Sequence record: SRR20825019_1295
DNA length: 39,151 nt
Reading direction: 5' to 3' (one strand)
Shown: in pieces, positions 28,997-37,981 of the stretch
Numbering within the stretch: the stretch's first letter is position 1
How the letters are laid out: every line of letters begins with the position of its first letter
Translations under genes and position numbers: made by a program
Notes under the pieces: generated by a model
Database searches by the model: none
Seen by the model: the letters and a program-made list of their open reading frames with translations, nothing else
Told to the model about the DNA's origin: nothing

Positions 28997-30211
28997 ATGA
29001 AAGAAGCATATATCATAGACGGAACACGCACACCAATCGGAAGTTACCACGGCACATTATCTGCTGTTAGGACAGACGATTTGGGAGCAATGGTCATCAA
29101 ACACGTACTAGAAAAAAATCCAAACATCCCAAAAGACGCATTCGACGATGTTATAATGGGTTGTGCCAACCAAGCTGGTGAAGACAACCGCAACGTCGCA
29201 AGAATGTGTTCACTACTTGCCGGAATGCCGTTTTCGGTTCCTGGCGAAACGGTGAACAGATTATGCAGTTCAGGTCTTTCGGCAATCATCCACGCTAACC
29301 GAGCAATAAAAGCTGGTGACGGCGACTTATTCATTTCTGGAGGTGTCGAGAATATGACGCGCGGACCATACGTGATGAGCAAACCATCTAAAGCATTTGG
29401 GAACGACAGTAAGATGTACGACTCTAGTTTTGGCTGGCGTTTTGTAAATACAAAAATGCACGAAATGTACGGCACAGATGGTATGGGAAACACTGCTGAG
29501 AATCTAGTCGAGAAATACAATATCAGTCGTGAAGACCAAGATGCTTTTGCTTACAATAGTCAGATGAAAGCAACTAAAGCTCAAGAAAATGGGCGTTTAG
29601 CAAAGGAAATAATGACTGTTGAAATTCCGCAACGCAAAAAAGACCCAATACAATTCAGTAAAGATGAATTTGTAAAACCAACAACTACGAAGGAAATTCT
29701 TGGTAAGCTTAGACCTGCTTTCAAAAAAGAAAGTGGTAGTGTTACTGCAGGAAATTCTTCAGGATTAAATGATGGTGCGGCCGCTACTATTGTCGCTTCA
29801 GAAGATGCTGTAAAGAAATACAATCTAAAGCCATTGGCACGAATCGTTTCTTCTGCCGTTGTGGGTGTCGAGCCAAGAATTATGGGAATCGGTCCAGTAA
29901 AGGCGAGTAATAAAGCCTTAGAAAAAGCCGGTTTAACTATGGAAGATATAGATGTCATCGAACTCAACGAAGCCTTTGCAGCACAAGCATTAGCCTGCAT
30001 TCGCGAATGGGGGTTAAAGGACGACGACCCAAGAATTAACCCTAATGGCGGCTCAATTGCCATCGGTCATCCGCTTGGCGTAACAGGCGCGCGCATCGCC
30101 TATTCTGCGGCTTTAGAGTTGCAGGAAACTAACAAGCGTTACGCATTAGTTACGATGTGCGTCGGTGTTGGACAAGGCTATGCGGCGATTATCGAAAACG
30201 TGAATTTATAG
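28997..30211 (+). CDS. paaJ: 3-oxoadipyl-CoA thiolase (PaaJ/PcaF)
   Basis: NQAGEDNRNVARM, NRLCSSG, NEAFA, GHPLG, MCVGVGQG. Confidence 0.92.
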   Translation: MKEAYIIDGTRTPIGSYHGTLSAVRTDDLGAMVIKHVLEKNPNIPKDAFDDVIMGCANQAGEDNRNVARMCSLLAGMPFSVPGETVNRLCSSGLSAIIHANRAIKAGDGDLFISGGVENMTRGPYVMSKPSKAFGNDSKMYDSSFGWRFVNTKMHEMYGTDGMGNTAENLVEKYNISREDQDAFAYNSQMKATKAQENGRLAKEIMTVEIPQRKKDPIQFSKDEFVKPTTTKEILGKLRPAFKKESGSVTAGNSSGLNDGAAATIVASEDAVKKYNLKPLARIVSSAVVGVEPRIMGIGPVKASNKALEKAGLTMEDIDVIELNEAFAAQALACIREWGLKDDDPRINPNGGSIAIGHPLGVTGARIAYSAALELQETNKRYALVTMCVGVGQGYAAIIENVNL

Positions 30212-30213
30212 AA

Positions 30214-30330
30214 TTTGGGCGTTACCTAAAGGTCGGGCTTTCGCTACTCACTTTTTTAATGCCGCATTTCGACTGCGCTCAATGTGACATTAAAAAGAGT
30301 TCAAACAAACCGCTCAATCCCTAACGCAAA
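30214..30330 (+). ncRNA. Structured intergenic element, Flavo-1 RNA-like
   Basis: GGGCGTTACC..GGTCGGGCT...CAATCCCTAACGC; GCGTTA/TAACGC closing stem plus an inner stem; family assignment is from memory. Confidence 0.5.
30264..30289 (-). repeat. Subfamily C palindrome
   Basis: GCATTTCGACTGCGCTCAATGTGACA, exact reverse complement of 30958-30983. Confidence 0.88.
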
Positions 30331-30342
30331 AAACAACACAAA

Positions 30343-30945
30343 ATGAAAATCCTATTAGTTGGTGGCAACGGAACCATCGGAAGATATTTAAATACAACCT
30401 TATCAAAGGAACACGAAGTCATCGTCGCTGGTCGTTCAAAAGCTGATGTCATAGTCGATATTTCAGATTCTGAATCTATCAAGGCGATGTACGAGAAAGT
30501 CGATAACCTAGATGCCGTAATTTGTGTAGCTGGCGAAGCAAAATGGGAAGTATTCGAAAATCTTTCAGAAGAGGATTTCTATATCGGTATTAAGAGTAAG
30601 TTGATGGGTCAAGTTAATTTGGTTCGTATAGGTAAAGACTATTTAAATCATCGTGGCTCATTCACATTAACCACAGGAATTTTAGCAGATGAGCCAGTAT
30701 ATATGACAAGTTCTGCTGCAATGGTAAATGGCGGTATTCATAGTTTTGTAAAAGCTGTTGCTCTAGAATTAGGAAATGGCTTGCGTATAAATGCAGTGTC
30801 TTCAGATTTAGTAGAAGATGCCTACGAAAAATACCGAAGTTACTTTCCAGGAAATATTCCTGTTCCAATGAAAAAAGTAGCAATGGGCTATATTAAAGCC
30901 ATTGAAAGTAGATTAAACGGACAAATCATAAGATTACAAGGTTAA
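30343..30945 (+). CDS. Short-chain dehydrogenase (atypical SDR)
   Basis: GGNGTIG Rossmann motif, SKLMGQVNL, LRINAVS. Confidence 0.85.
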   Translation: MKILLVGGNGTIGRYLNTTLSKEHEVIVAGRSKADVIVDISDSESIKAMYEKVDNLDAVICVAGEAKWEVFENLSEEDFYIGIKSKLMGQVNLVRIGKDYLNHRGSFTLTTGILADEPVYMTSSAAMVNGGIHSFVKAVALELGNGLRINAVSSDLVEDAYEKYRSYFPGNIPVPMKKVAMGYIKAIESRLNGQIIRLQG

Positions 30946-30957
30946 TTAAATTTCATT

Positions 30958-30983
30958 TGTCACATTGAGCGCAGTCGAAATGC
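30958..30983 (+). repeat. Subfamily C palindrome
   Basis: TGTCACATTGAGCGCAGTCGAAATGC. Confidence 0.88.
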
Positions 30984-31013
30984 AATCAATGACAAATTTT
31001 GAAACGATATAAA

Positions 31014-33527
31014 ATGAACAAAACACAACATTACATATTAGGCCAATGGCAAGACGGTAAAGGCGACGGTAACCCAATCTACGATTCGGTGACTGGCGAG
31101 CACTTTACAAGCGTCACCACTGAAGGTTTAAACACAGGAGAAATTCTTCAATACGGAAGAGAAAAGGGAAACACGCTACGTAAAATGACGTTTCAAGAAC
31201 GTGGATTAATGCTTAAGAAATTGGCGTTTTATCTTCAGAAGAAAAAGAGAGCATTTTATGAGATTAGCTACAAAACTGGAGCTACAAAAATTGACTCTTG
31301 GATAGATATTGAAGGTGGTTTTGGAAACTTATTCGCCAATGCTTCGCTAAGAAAGTTATTTCCAAATCAGTCATTTCACGTGGAAGGTGACCCAATCGAT
31401 TTATCTCGTGGTGGTCGCTTTATGGCACATCATATTATGGTGCCTCGTGAAGGTGTAGCAGTTCACATTAACGCATTCAATTTCCCAGTTTGGGGAATGT
31501 TAGAGAAGTGTGCGTGTAATTGGATGGCTGGTGTTCCGGCTGTTGTATTGCCTGCGCCACAAACGGCTTATTTGACAGAGGCTGTCGTTAAAGAAATCAT
31601 CGCTTCAGGAATTTTACCAGAAGGTGCGTTACAGTTAATTAGTGGTACCGCTAAAGATATTTTAGATAATACGCAATCTCAAGACGTGGTAAGTTTTACA
31701 GGTTCTGCAAAAACAGGCCGAATGCTAAAAAACCATCCGCAACTTATTGAGGAATCTGTACCATTCACGATGGAAGCCGATTCATTAAACGCTTGTATTC
31801 TTGGGGAAGATGCTAAACCAGGCACTCCAGAATTTAATTTATTCATCAAGGAAGTTCGTAATGAGATGACTGTGAAATGTGGTCAAAAATGTACCGCCAT
31901 TCGTCGCATCATCGTTCCAGAAAACTTGATTGAAGATGTGCAAATTGCGCTTGGAAAACAACTGGATAAAGTCACTATTGGTGACCCAAGATTGAAAGAA
32001 GTGAGAATGGGTGCTTTAGTGACAAAAGAGCAACGTGAAAGTGTCTATAGTCAAGTCAAAGAAATTACAAAAACGGCAGACATCGTTTACGGCGATTTTG
32101 ATGAAGCACAGACTATAGGTGAAAACACAAAAGGTGGTTCATTCATTAAACCAATATTACTTCGCGAAGACAATCCCTTGAAAAATGAAGCGGCACACAT
32201 TACTGAAGCTTTTGGACCAGTATCTACTTTGATGCCTTATAAAGATTTGGACGAGGCCATTCAGTTGTCTAAAATGGGTAAAGGTTCGTTGGTATCTTCA
32301 ATCGTGACAAACGACAATAAGATTGCTAGAGATTACACAGTTTCTGCAGCAACGCATCACGGTCGCATTTTAGTTTTAAACAGAGAAAGTGCTAAACAAA
32401 GTACAGGTCACGGTTCGCCGTTGCCTAACCTAATTCACGGTGGTCCAGGTCGCGCTGGTGGCGGTGAAGAAATGGGCGGAATGCGTGGTATTAAACATTA
32501 CTTACAGCGTTGTGCCATACAAGGAAGTCCAACAACATTGACTGAAATTACTGGTATATATCAACCAAATTCAGCTTATAAAAAATCGCCTAAGCATCCA
32601 TTCGCTTACCATTGGGAAGACATTCAACCAGGAATGTCTTTGGAAACCCACAAGCGTACCATTACCGATACCGATATTGTAAACTTCGGTAACTTGACTT
32701 GGGACCATTTCTATGCTCATACAGATATTACGAGTCTTGACGGCAGTATTTTTGAACACAGAACAGCGCACGGTTATTTTGTGATTTCGATGGCAGCAGG
32801 ATTATTTGTGTATCCAAATAAAGGACCAGTTGCCGCAAATTATGGTTTAGAGGAAATAAGATTCTTACGTCCGTTGTATCATAACGATACGGTTTACGTG
32901 CGATTAACCTGTAAGCAGAAAGTGGACCGCGAGCAAAAAGGTTCAGAATTACCTAGCGGCATCGTGAAATGGTTTGTTGAGGTTTTTGATGCGGAACCAG
33001 ATGAAGACCAAGAACCATTGGTAGCCATTGCAACAATTTTAACGATGGTTCAGAAAAAGCAAACGGTTTTTGAAGAGATTTCAGAAGAATTTATTCAGAA
33101 TTCATTGAGCAAACTGACTGAAGATGCGAAACCAAAATGGGGCATAATGACACCACAACATATGGTTGAGCATTTGGAGTGGAGCTATAAAGTTGCTTCA
33201 GGAGAAATTCAGGATTTTGAAATTGCAACACCAGAAGAACATCTCGAAAAAGTGCACGACTCGTTGTACAACTATAAGCCATTTCCGCAAGGCCATCATA
33301 TGCCTTTAATGAAGAAAGATGAGTTGATGCCTTTAGAGCACGATAACCTTGACGACGCAAATCAAGCACTGTTAGATGCACGTGAAGCCTATGTGAAATA
33401 CTTTAAACAAAATGCAAAGGCTACTACTAAAAATGCAGTCTTTGGGCATTTAGATAGATTTGAGTGGACGCTTTTAGAACGAAAGCACTTGAATCATCAT
33501 TTCAAACAATTTAATTTAATCGACTAA
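31014..33527 (+). CDS. paaZ: Bifunctional PaaZ (ALDH + MaoC) with extra C-terminal DinB/DUF1569-like domain
   Basis: INAFNFP, MEADSLN, GQKCTA, EAFGP, MaoC WDHFYAH..AHGYF; tail WG.MTPQHMVEHL...HLNHHFKQF; ATG 31014 preferred. Confidence 0.9.
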   Translation: MNKTQHYILGQWQDGKGDGNPIYDSVTGEHFTSVTTEGLNTGEILQYGREKGNTLRKMTFQERGLMLKKLAFYLQKKKRAFYEISYKTGATKIDSWIDIEGGFGNLFANASLRKLFPNQSFHVEGDPIDLSRGGRFMAHHIMVPREGVAVHINAFNFPVWGMLEKCACNWMAGVPAVVLPAPQTAYLTEAVVKEIIASGILPEGALQLISGTAKDILDNTQSQDVVSFTGSAKTGRMLKNHPQLIEESVPFTMEADSLNACILGEDAKPGTPEFNLFIKEVRNEMTVKCGQKCTAIRRIIVPENLIEDVQIALGKQLDKVTIGDPRLKEVRMGALVTKEQRESVYSQVKEITKTADIVYGDFDEAQTIGENTKGGSFIKPILLREDNPLKNEAAHITEAFGPVSTLMPYKDLDEAIQLSKMGKGSLVSSIVTNDNKIARDYTVSAATHHGRILVLNRESAKQSTGHGSPLPNLIHGGPGRAGGGEEMGGMRGIKHYLQRCAIQGSPTTLTEITGIYQPNSAYKKSPKHPFAYHWEDIQPGMSLETHKRTITDTDIVNFGNLTWDHFYAHTDITSLDGSIFEHRTAHGYFVISMAAGLFVYPNKGPVAANYGLEEIRFLRPLYHNDTVYVRLTCKQKVDREQKGSELPSGIVKWFVEVFDAEPDEDQEPLVAIATILTMVQKKQTVFEEISEEFIQNSLSKLTEDAKPKWGIMTPQHMVEHLEWSYKVASGEIQDFEIATPEEHLEKVHDSLYNYKPFPQGHHMPLMKKDELMPLEHDNLDDANQALLDAREAYVKYFKQNAKATTKNAVFGHLDRFEWTLLERKHLNHHFKQFNLID

Positions 33528-33542
33528 CTAAAACCTATTACA

Positions 33543-34295
33543 TTGACTAAACCCTACGTAAAACAACATACAGAAAACGGAATTTCAACTATAGAATTTT
33601 TTCATCCGGCACATAACAGTTTGCCAGGTGATATTCTTGCCAAATTAGCGAACACAATTAATGAAGCAGGCCAAGACGATAACGTTCTTGTCATCATCTT
33701 AAAAAGTGGTGGTGACCGAACTTTTTGTGCCGGTGCAAGCTTTAAGGAATTAATTTCTATTGAAGATGAAAAAACAGGTGAAGCGTTCTTTATGGGCTTT
33801 GCTAATGTGATAAACGCAATGCGTAAATGCCCAAAATTCATCATCGGTCGCGTACAAGGAAAAACCGTTGGTGGTGGCGTTGGCCTTGCTAGTGCAATGG
33901 ACTATTGTATGGCGACAAAATTTGCCTCTATCAAGTTAAGTGAGCTGAATATTGGTATTGGACCATTTGTGGTCGGACCAGCTGTTGCACGTAAATTAGG
34001 TGTCAGCGGAATGTCTCAAATTGCTATTGATGCTAATACATTCTACAGTCCAGAATGGGCAAAAAACAAAGGTTTATTCACACACGTTTACGATTCAACT
34101 GAAGAGCTAGACGAAGCCGTTCAAGCCACCGCAGAGCATTTATGCACTTATAATCCTGAAGCAATGAAAGAGATGAAGAAAATCTTTTGGGATGGTTGCG
34201 ACGATTGGGACACGTTATTAAATGAACGCGCAAAAGTTTCAGGACGATTAGTTTTATCTGAATTCACTAAGGAGAAATTGAAGCGGTTTGCTTAA
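33543..34295 (+). CDS. Enoyl-CoA hydratase/isomerase family protein
   Basis: FCAGA, GGGVGLA, LSEL.IGIGP. Confidence 0.85.
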   Translation: MTKPYVKQHTENGISTIEFFHPAHNSLPGDILAKLANTINEAGQDDNVLVIILKSGGDRTFCAGASFKELISIEDEKTGEAFFMGFANVINAMRKCPKFIIGRVQGKTVGGGVGLASAMDYCMATKFASIKLSELNIGIGPFVVGPAVARKLGVSGMSQIAIDANTFYSPEWAKNKGLFTHVYDSTEELDEAVQATAEHLCTYNPEAMKEMKKIFWDGCDDWDTLLNERAKVSGRLVLSEFTKEKLKRFA

Positions 34296-34298
34296 TAC

Positions 34299-34319
34299 TT
34301 CCTGCGTAGGCAGGAATCT
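34299..34319 (+). repeat. Subfamily A palindrome, left of the GIY-YIG gene
   Basis: TTCCTGC-gtag-GCAGGAATCT. Confidence 0.88.
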
Positions 34320-34333
34320 CTGACTTGATAACT

Positions 34334-34654
34334 ATGACCAAATGGACCGTCTACATAATGACAAATAAACCAAACGGTGTGTTATATATTGGTGTTACAG
34401 ATGATATTAATTCGAGAGTTATTGAACATAAAATTAAATTTTACCCAAAGTCTTTCACAGCAAGATATAACTGTGATAAATTAATTTACCTTGAAGAGTT
34501 TAGTGAAGTAGCTGAAGCTTTAAAAAGAGAACGTCAATTTAAAAAGTGGAAAAGAGACTGGAAAATTAATTTAATAAAAGAAATGAATCCAAGCTGGTTT
34601 GATTTAAGCCTCAATTGGAATTTAGATTTGAATAAACATAGAACTAACCAATAA
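34334..34654 (+). CDS. Stand-alone GIY-YIG nuclease (UPF0213-like)
   Basis: VYIM..N.VLYIGVT.D...R...H, FTARY, A.KRE...K.W.R.WK..LI...NP.W.DL; ATG 34334 preferred. Confidence 0.9.
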   Translation: MTKWTVYIMTNKPNGVLYIGVTDDINSRVIEHKIKFYPKSFTARYNCDKLIYLEEFSEVAEALKRERQFKKWKRDWKINLIKEMNPSWFDLSLNWNLDLNKHRTNQ

Positions 34655-34656
34655 AA

Positions 34657-34673
34657 AGATTCCTGCCTCCGCA
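34657..34673 (-). repeat. Inverted truncated subfamily A palindrome, right of the GIY-YIG gene
   Basis: AGATTCCTGCCTCCGCA; its reverse complement matches 34303-34319 at 16/17 positions. Confidence 0.85.
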
Positions 34674-34683
34674 AAAAGTTGTT

Positions 34684-35277
34684 ATGATTTACAGTTTCAA
34701 AAACCACATCCCAGTAATCCACGAATCTAGTTTTGTACATCCGCTTGCGGCTGTGACTGGTAATGTGATTATCGGCAAAGATTGTTACATAGGTCCTGGT
34801 TGTGCTATTCGCGGTGATTGGGGTGAGATTATCTTGGAAGATGGTGTGAATGTTCAGGAGAATTGCACGGTGCATATGTTTCCGGGAAAATCTATTGTGT
34901 TGAAAGCAGGTGCACACGTAGGACACGGCGCGATTATTCACGGTGCAAACCTTGGTCGCAATTGCTTAATTGGAATGAATAGTGTCATTATGGACGATGC
35001 TGAAATTGGAGACGAAAGTATTGTTGGTGCAATGGCTTTTATAAAAGGTGAAACGAAGATTCCAGCACGAAGTTTAGTTGTTGGCAATCCTGCTAAAATT
35101 ATTAAAGAAGTGTCTGATGAGATGATTGCCTGGAAAACAGCTGGAACAAAACTCTATCAACAATTACCTGCAGACTGTCACGAAACATTGCGAGAGGTTG
35201 AGCCTTTGAGAGAAGTTCCTGATAATAGACCGAAGCAGGAGGACTTTTATAAAACTTTGAACCAATTCCGGAAATAA
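34684..35277 (+). CDS. paaY: Hexapeptide-repeat protein PaaY (gamma-carbonic anhydrase family)
   Basis: IRGDWG, NVQENCTVH, VGHGAIIHG; paa context. Confidence 0.85.
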   Translation: MIYSFKNHIPVIHESSFVHPLAAVTGNVIIGKDCYIGPGCAIRGDWGEIILEDGVNVQENCTVHMFPGKSIVLKAGAHVGHGAIIHGANLGRNCLIGMNSVIMDDAEIGDESIVGAMAFIKGETKIPARSLVVGNPAKIIKEVSDEMIAWKTAGTKLYQQLPADCHETLREVEPLREVPDNRPKQEDFYKTLNQFRK

Positions 35278-35907
35278 ATGTCCATAAGTTTAAGAAATAC
35301 AGCTCTAGTTTCAATAAGTATCCCTTTTCTTTTTCTAATTGTTTTTGGAGTATATTTTTTGGTTATATATCCAAACCTATATACTGATTTTAGTGGTTCT
35401 ACTCTTACACTATTTAACATTAAGCAACTACCCTATAACTGGTTTATAGTAGTATTTGGTTACCTAACTTTAGGTGTTTTAATGATTAATACATCCTTGT
35501 CATTACTATTATTGGAAGTAGAAAAAACAATACTTTTTAAAATAGGATTAATACTCACAATAATATCTGCAATGCTCTGGGTTTCTTTTGGCTTCACACC
35601 AATTACAATAGACCAAGAATTTAATGTAGATTCATTTATGTACCGTCAATTGGGTTTATTCATAACTTCCTTTTTTGGATTTATTTTTATAGCTACAGAT
35701 TCGAGTAGATTTTTAATAGCTAAAAAATTTAGTGTTCTGTTAATTATTAACGCTTCATTAATGGCGTTAATTTCTCTGATATTTGGAATTTTGAAGATGG
35801 AAATGAATATAATCTCTTACTTTATGCAGGCTTATTGGTTATTTTATTTTTCATCATATTTAATTCTTGGTCTAGGTATATTAAATAGTAAAAATTACAC
35901 AATCTAA
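35278..35907 (+). CDS. Hypothetical multi-pass membrane protein
   Basis: 209 aa, several hydrophobic segments, very AT-rich. Confidence 0.6.
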   Translation: MSISLRNTALVSISIPFLFLIVFGVYFLVIYPNLYTDFSGSTLTLFNIKQLPYNWFIVVFGYLTLGVLMINTSLSLLLLEVEKTILFKIGLILTIISAMLWVSFGFTPITIDQEFNVDSFMYRQLGLFITSFFGFIFIATDSSRFLIAKKFSVLLIINASLMALISLIFGILKMEMNIISYFMQAYWLFYFSSYLILGLGILNSKNYTI

Positions 35908-36377
35908 TCCAACACCGATAAATCCAACTCATTCGTTTGCTTTCCAGTGCTCAGCGTAATAAAACTCTGTACACTTCCCAGATACGGAATCAGTGTTAAC
36001 TTTGAGACAATAAAAGTTTCGTAAGCTTCAATATCTTTTACAACAAGTTTCAGCAAATAATCAAAGGTTCCACTAATACGGTGGCACTCTACCACTTCTG
36101 GAAAATCATTTATTTGGCTCACAAATTTCTCTAAAAAGCTACGTGTATGACCTTGTAAGGTAATGGCAATAAATACGGTTTGCTTAAGCCCTAATTTCTT
36201 GGCGTTCAACTTTGCAGCATAACCATCAATTAGACCTTCTTTTTCTAATTTCTTGATGCGTTCAAAAATAGGCGTAGTAGTTTTTCCTAAAATTTCAGCT
36301 AGACTTTTAACGGTTCTGTTAGAATCTTCTTGAAGTAATTTCAGTAACTTTTTATCTGTACTATCTAGTTTAATCAC
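35904..36377 (-). CDS. Lrp/AsnC family regulator
   Basis: LDSTDKKLL, ERIKKLEKEGLI, EVVECHRISG.FDYLLK. Confidence 0.93.
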   Translation of the reverse strand: MIKLDSTDKKLLKLLQEDSNRTVKSLAEILGKTTTPIFERIKKLEKEGLIDGYAAKLNAKKLGLKQTVFIAITLQGHTRSFLEKFVSQINDFPEVVECHRISGTFDYLLKLVVKDIEAYETFIVSKLTLIPYLGSVQSFITLSTGKQTNELDLSVLD

Positions 36378-36447
36378 AATGAACTTCTATTTAGTTTGGT
36401 TTAAAATTCAATATTAAGAATAAAAACATAGTTAAATAACATTAGGC

Positions 36448-36460
36448 AGAATTTTATTCT
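36448..36460. promoter_or_regulatory. Putative Lrp-family binding site
   Basis: AGAAT-TTT-ATTCT in the divergent lrp/E2 spacer; -7 box TAAATTTG at 36511-36518. Confidence 0.6.
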
Positions 36461-36536
36461 ATTACAAATAGATTGTTTAGTTGATACCTATAGACTTCAT
36501 TAAGATTAATTAAATTTGTTAGAATTCAAGAAACTT

Positions 36537-37976
36537 ATGAGCGAGACTGCATTTAAAGTCCCTAAAATGGGCGAAAGTATTACAGAAGGTACTATCATAA
36601 ATTGGGTGGTTCAAGAAGGTGATGCTTTTGAAGAAGGTGATATTTTAGTAGAAATTGCTACAGACAAAGTAGATAATGAAGTGCCTGCACCATTTTCGGG
36701 TGTTATGATTTCTCACAAAGCTCAGGCTAATGATGTTGTTGCGGTAGGTTCTGAGATTGCAATGCTCTCAAAAGAGAAGTCGAATTCGAAAATGAAATCG
36801 AAATCGAAATCGAGTTCTCAGACTCTTGAAAAGAAAGAACAGAATAGTAAACTTTCCAAATCAAAAACAGCTCAAGAAAGCTCTGATTCTTTCCCTTTGG
36901 GAAAGATGTCCGCAGGACAGAAAGGGAACAATCAATTCTATTCGCCTCTAGTCATTTCAATCGCCAAAGAACATCATATCTCATTTGAAGAATTGGCTCG
37001 GATTGAAGCGACAGGAAATGATGGCCGATTACGAAAAAGTGATGTTTTTAAATATATAGATGCTGGAAGACCTTATCAGTTTTCAGCAAGCGCTTCAACT
37101 ATTTCAGGAGAAGGTATTGGCGGAAAGTTTGAAGCGATTGGTCAGCAAATGATGCAATTGGGTCAGGAACTCAATGACACTTTAGCAGAATTAAAAGCCT
37201 TAAAAGAACAACCAGTTGTTGAGCAACCAAAACCGTACACGATTCCGCAGTTAAAATTAGATAAAGGTTCTGGCAAGATTGTCGAGATGGATCGTATGCG
37301 CAGTATGATTGCAGACCATATGGTGTATAGCAAACATACGTCGCCACACGTAACAGCTTATGTTGAAGCTGATATGACTGATATTGTGAATTGGAGAAAC
37401 GCAAACAAGGTGGAATTTCAGGAAAAGTATGGCGAGAAACTTACGTTTACGCCATTATTTGTTGAAGCTGTCGCCAATGCGATTACCGAGTTTCCAATGA
37501 TTAATGTGTCTGTAGATGGTAAAAACATCATCGTTAAAGAACACATCAACGTTGGTATGGCAACCGCTTTACCAAGTGGGAACCTTATCGTTCCGGTTGT
37601 GAAAGATGCCGATAAAAAGAACTTACAAGAACTCGCTACAGACGTTAATCGAATGGCGAATCTCGCCAGAGAAAACAAACTTGGTGGCGATGACATTAAA
37701 GGAAGCACATTTACGATAAGTAATGTGGGAACCTTTGGAAGTGTTATGGGAACACCCATCATTAACCAACCGGAAGCGGCGATTCTCGCTACTGGAATTA
37801 TCAAAAAGCGACCAGAAGTGATTACAAAAGACGGTAATGATATTATCGAAATACGTTCGATGATGTACTTGTCATTATCCTTTGACCATCGCATTGTGGA
37901 TGGTTTTCTTGGCGGAAGCTTCTTAAAGAAAATTGCTGATAATTTAGAGCAGTTTGATACGAATAGAGAAATTTAA
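36537..37976 (+). CDS. 2-oxoacid dehydrogenase E2 (dihydrolipoamide acyltransferase)
   Basis: Lipoyl motif ATDKVDNE, subunit-binding YSPLV..IA, catalytic DHRIVDG; ATG 36537 preferred. Confidence 0.92.
   Translation: MSETAFKVPKMGESITEGTIINWVVQEGDAFEEGDILVEIATDKVDNEVPAPFSGVMISHKAQANDVVAVGSEIAMLSKEKSNSKMKSKSKSSSQTLEKKEQNSKLSKSKTAQESSDSFPLGKMSAGQKGNNQFYSPLVISIAKEHHISFEELARIEATGNDGRLRKSDVFKYIDAGRPYQFSASASTISGEGIGGKFEAIGQQMMQLGQELNDTLAELKALKEQPVVEQPKPYTIPQLKLDKGSGKIVEMDRMRSMIADHMVYSKHTSPHVTAYVEADMTDIVNWRNANKVEFQEKYGEKLTFTPLFVEAVANAITEFPMINVSVDGKNIIVKEHINVGMATALPSGNLIVPVVKDADKKNLQELATDVNRMANLARENKLGGDDIKGSTFTISNVGTFGSVMGTPIINQPEAAILATGIIKKRPEVITKDGNDIIEIRSMMYLSLSFDHRIVDGFLGGSFLKKIADNLEQFDTNREI
36780..36815. 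repeat. In-frame hexamer tract within the E2 linker
   Basis: TCGAAT TCGAAA ATGAAA TCGAAA TCGAAA TCGAGT encoding SNSKMKSKSKSS. Confidence 0.65.
36891..36928. repeat. In-frame GC-rich hairpin within the E2 linker
   Basis: TTCCCTTT...TGTCC-gca-GGACA..AAAGGGAA. Confidence 0.55.
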
Positions 37977-37981
37977 TTGAT

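Noticed and set aside
29044-30063. Antisense and nested ORFs (e.g. 29044-29520, 29581-30063, 1219-1602, 13678-14088, 37418-37894)
   Set aside because: They shadow well-supported genes and show no recognisable motifs.
34299-34673. Classical IS element
   Set aside because: No DDE or HUH transposase motifs and no evident target-site duplication.
34534-34941. 135-aa minus-strand ORF across GIY-YIG and paaY
   Set aside because: Overlaps two supported plus-strand genes; no motif.
27044-35907. Integron cassette array
   Set aside because: No integrase and no recognisable attC core sites; guest genes are interleaved with paa genes.
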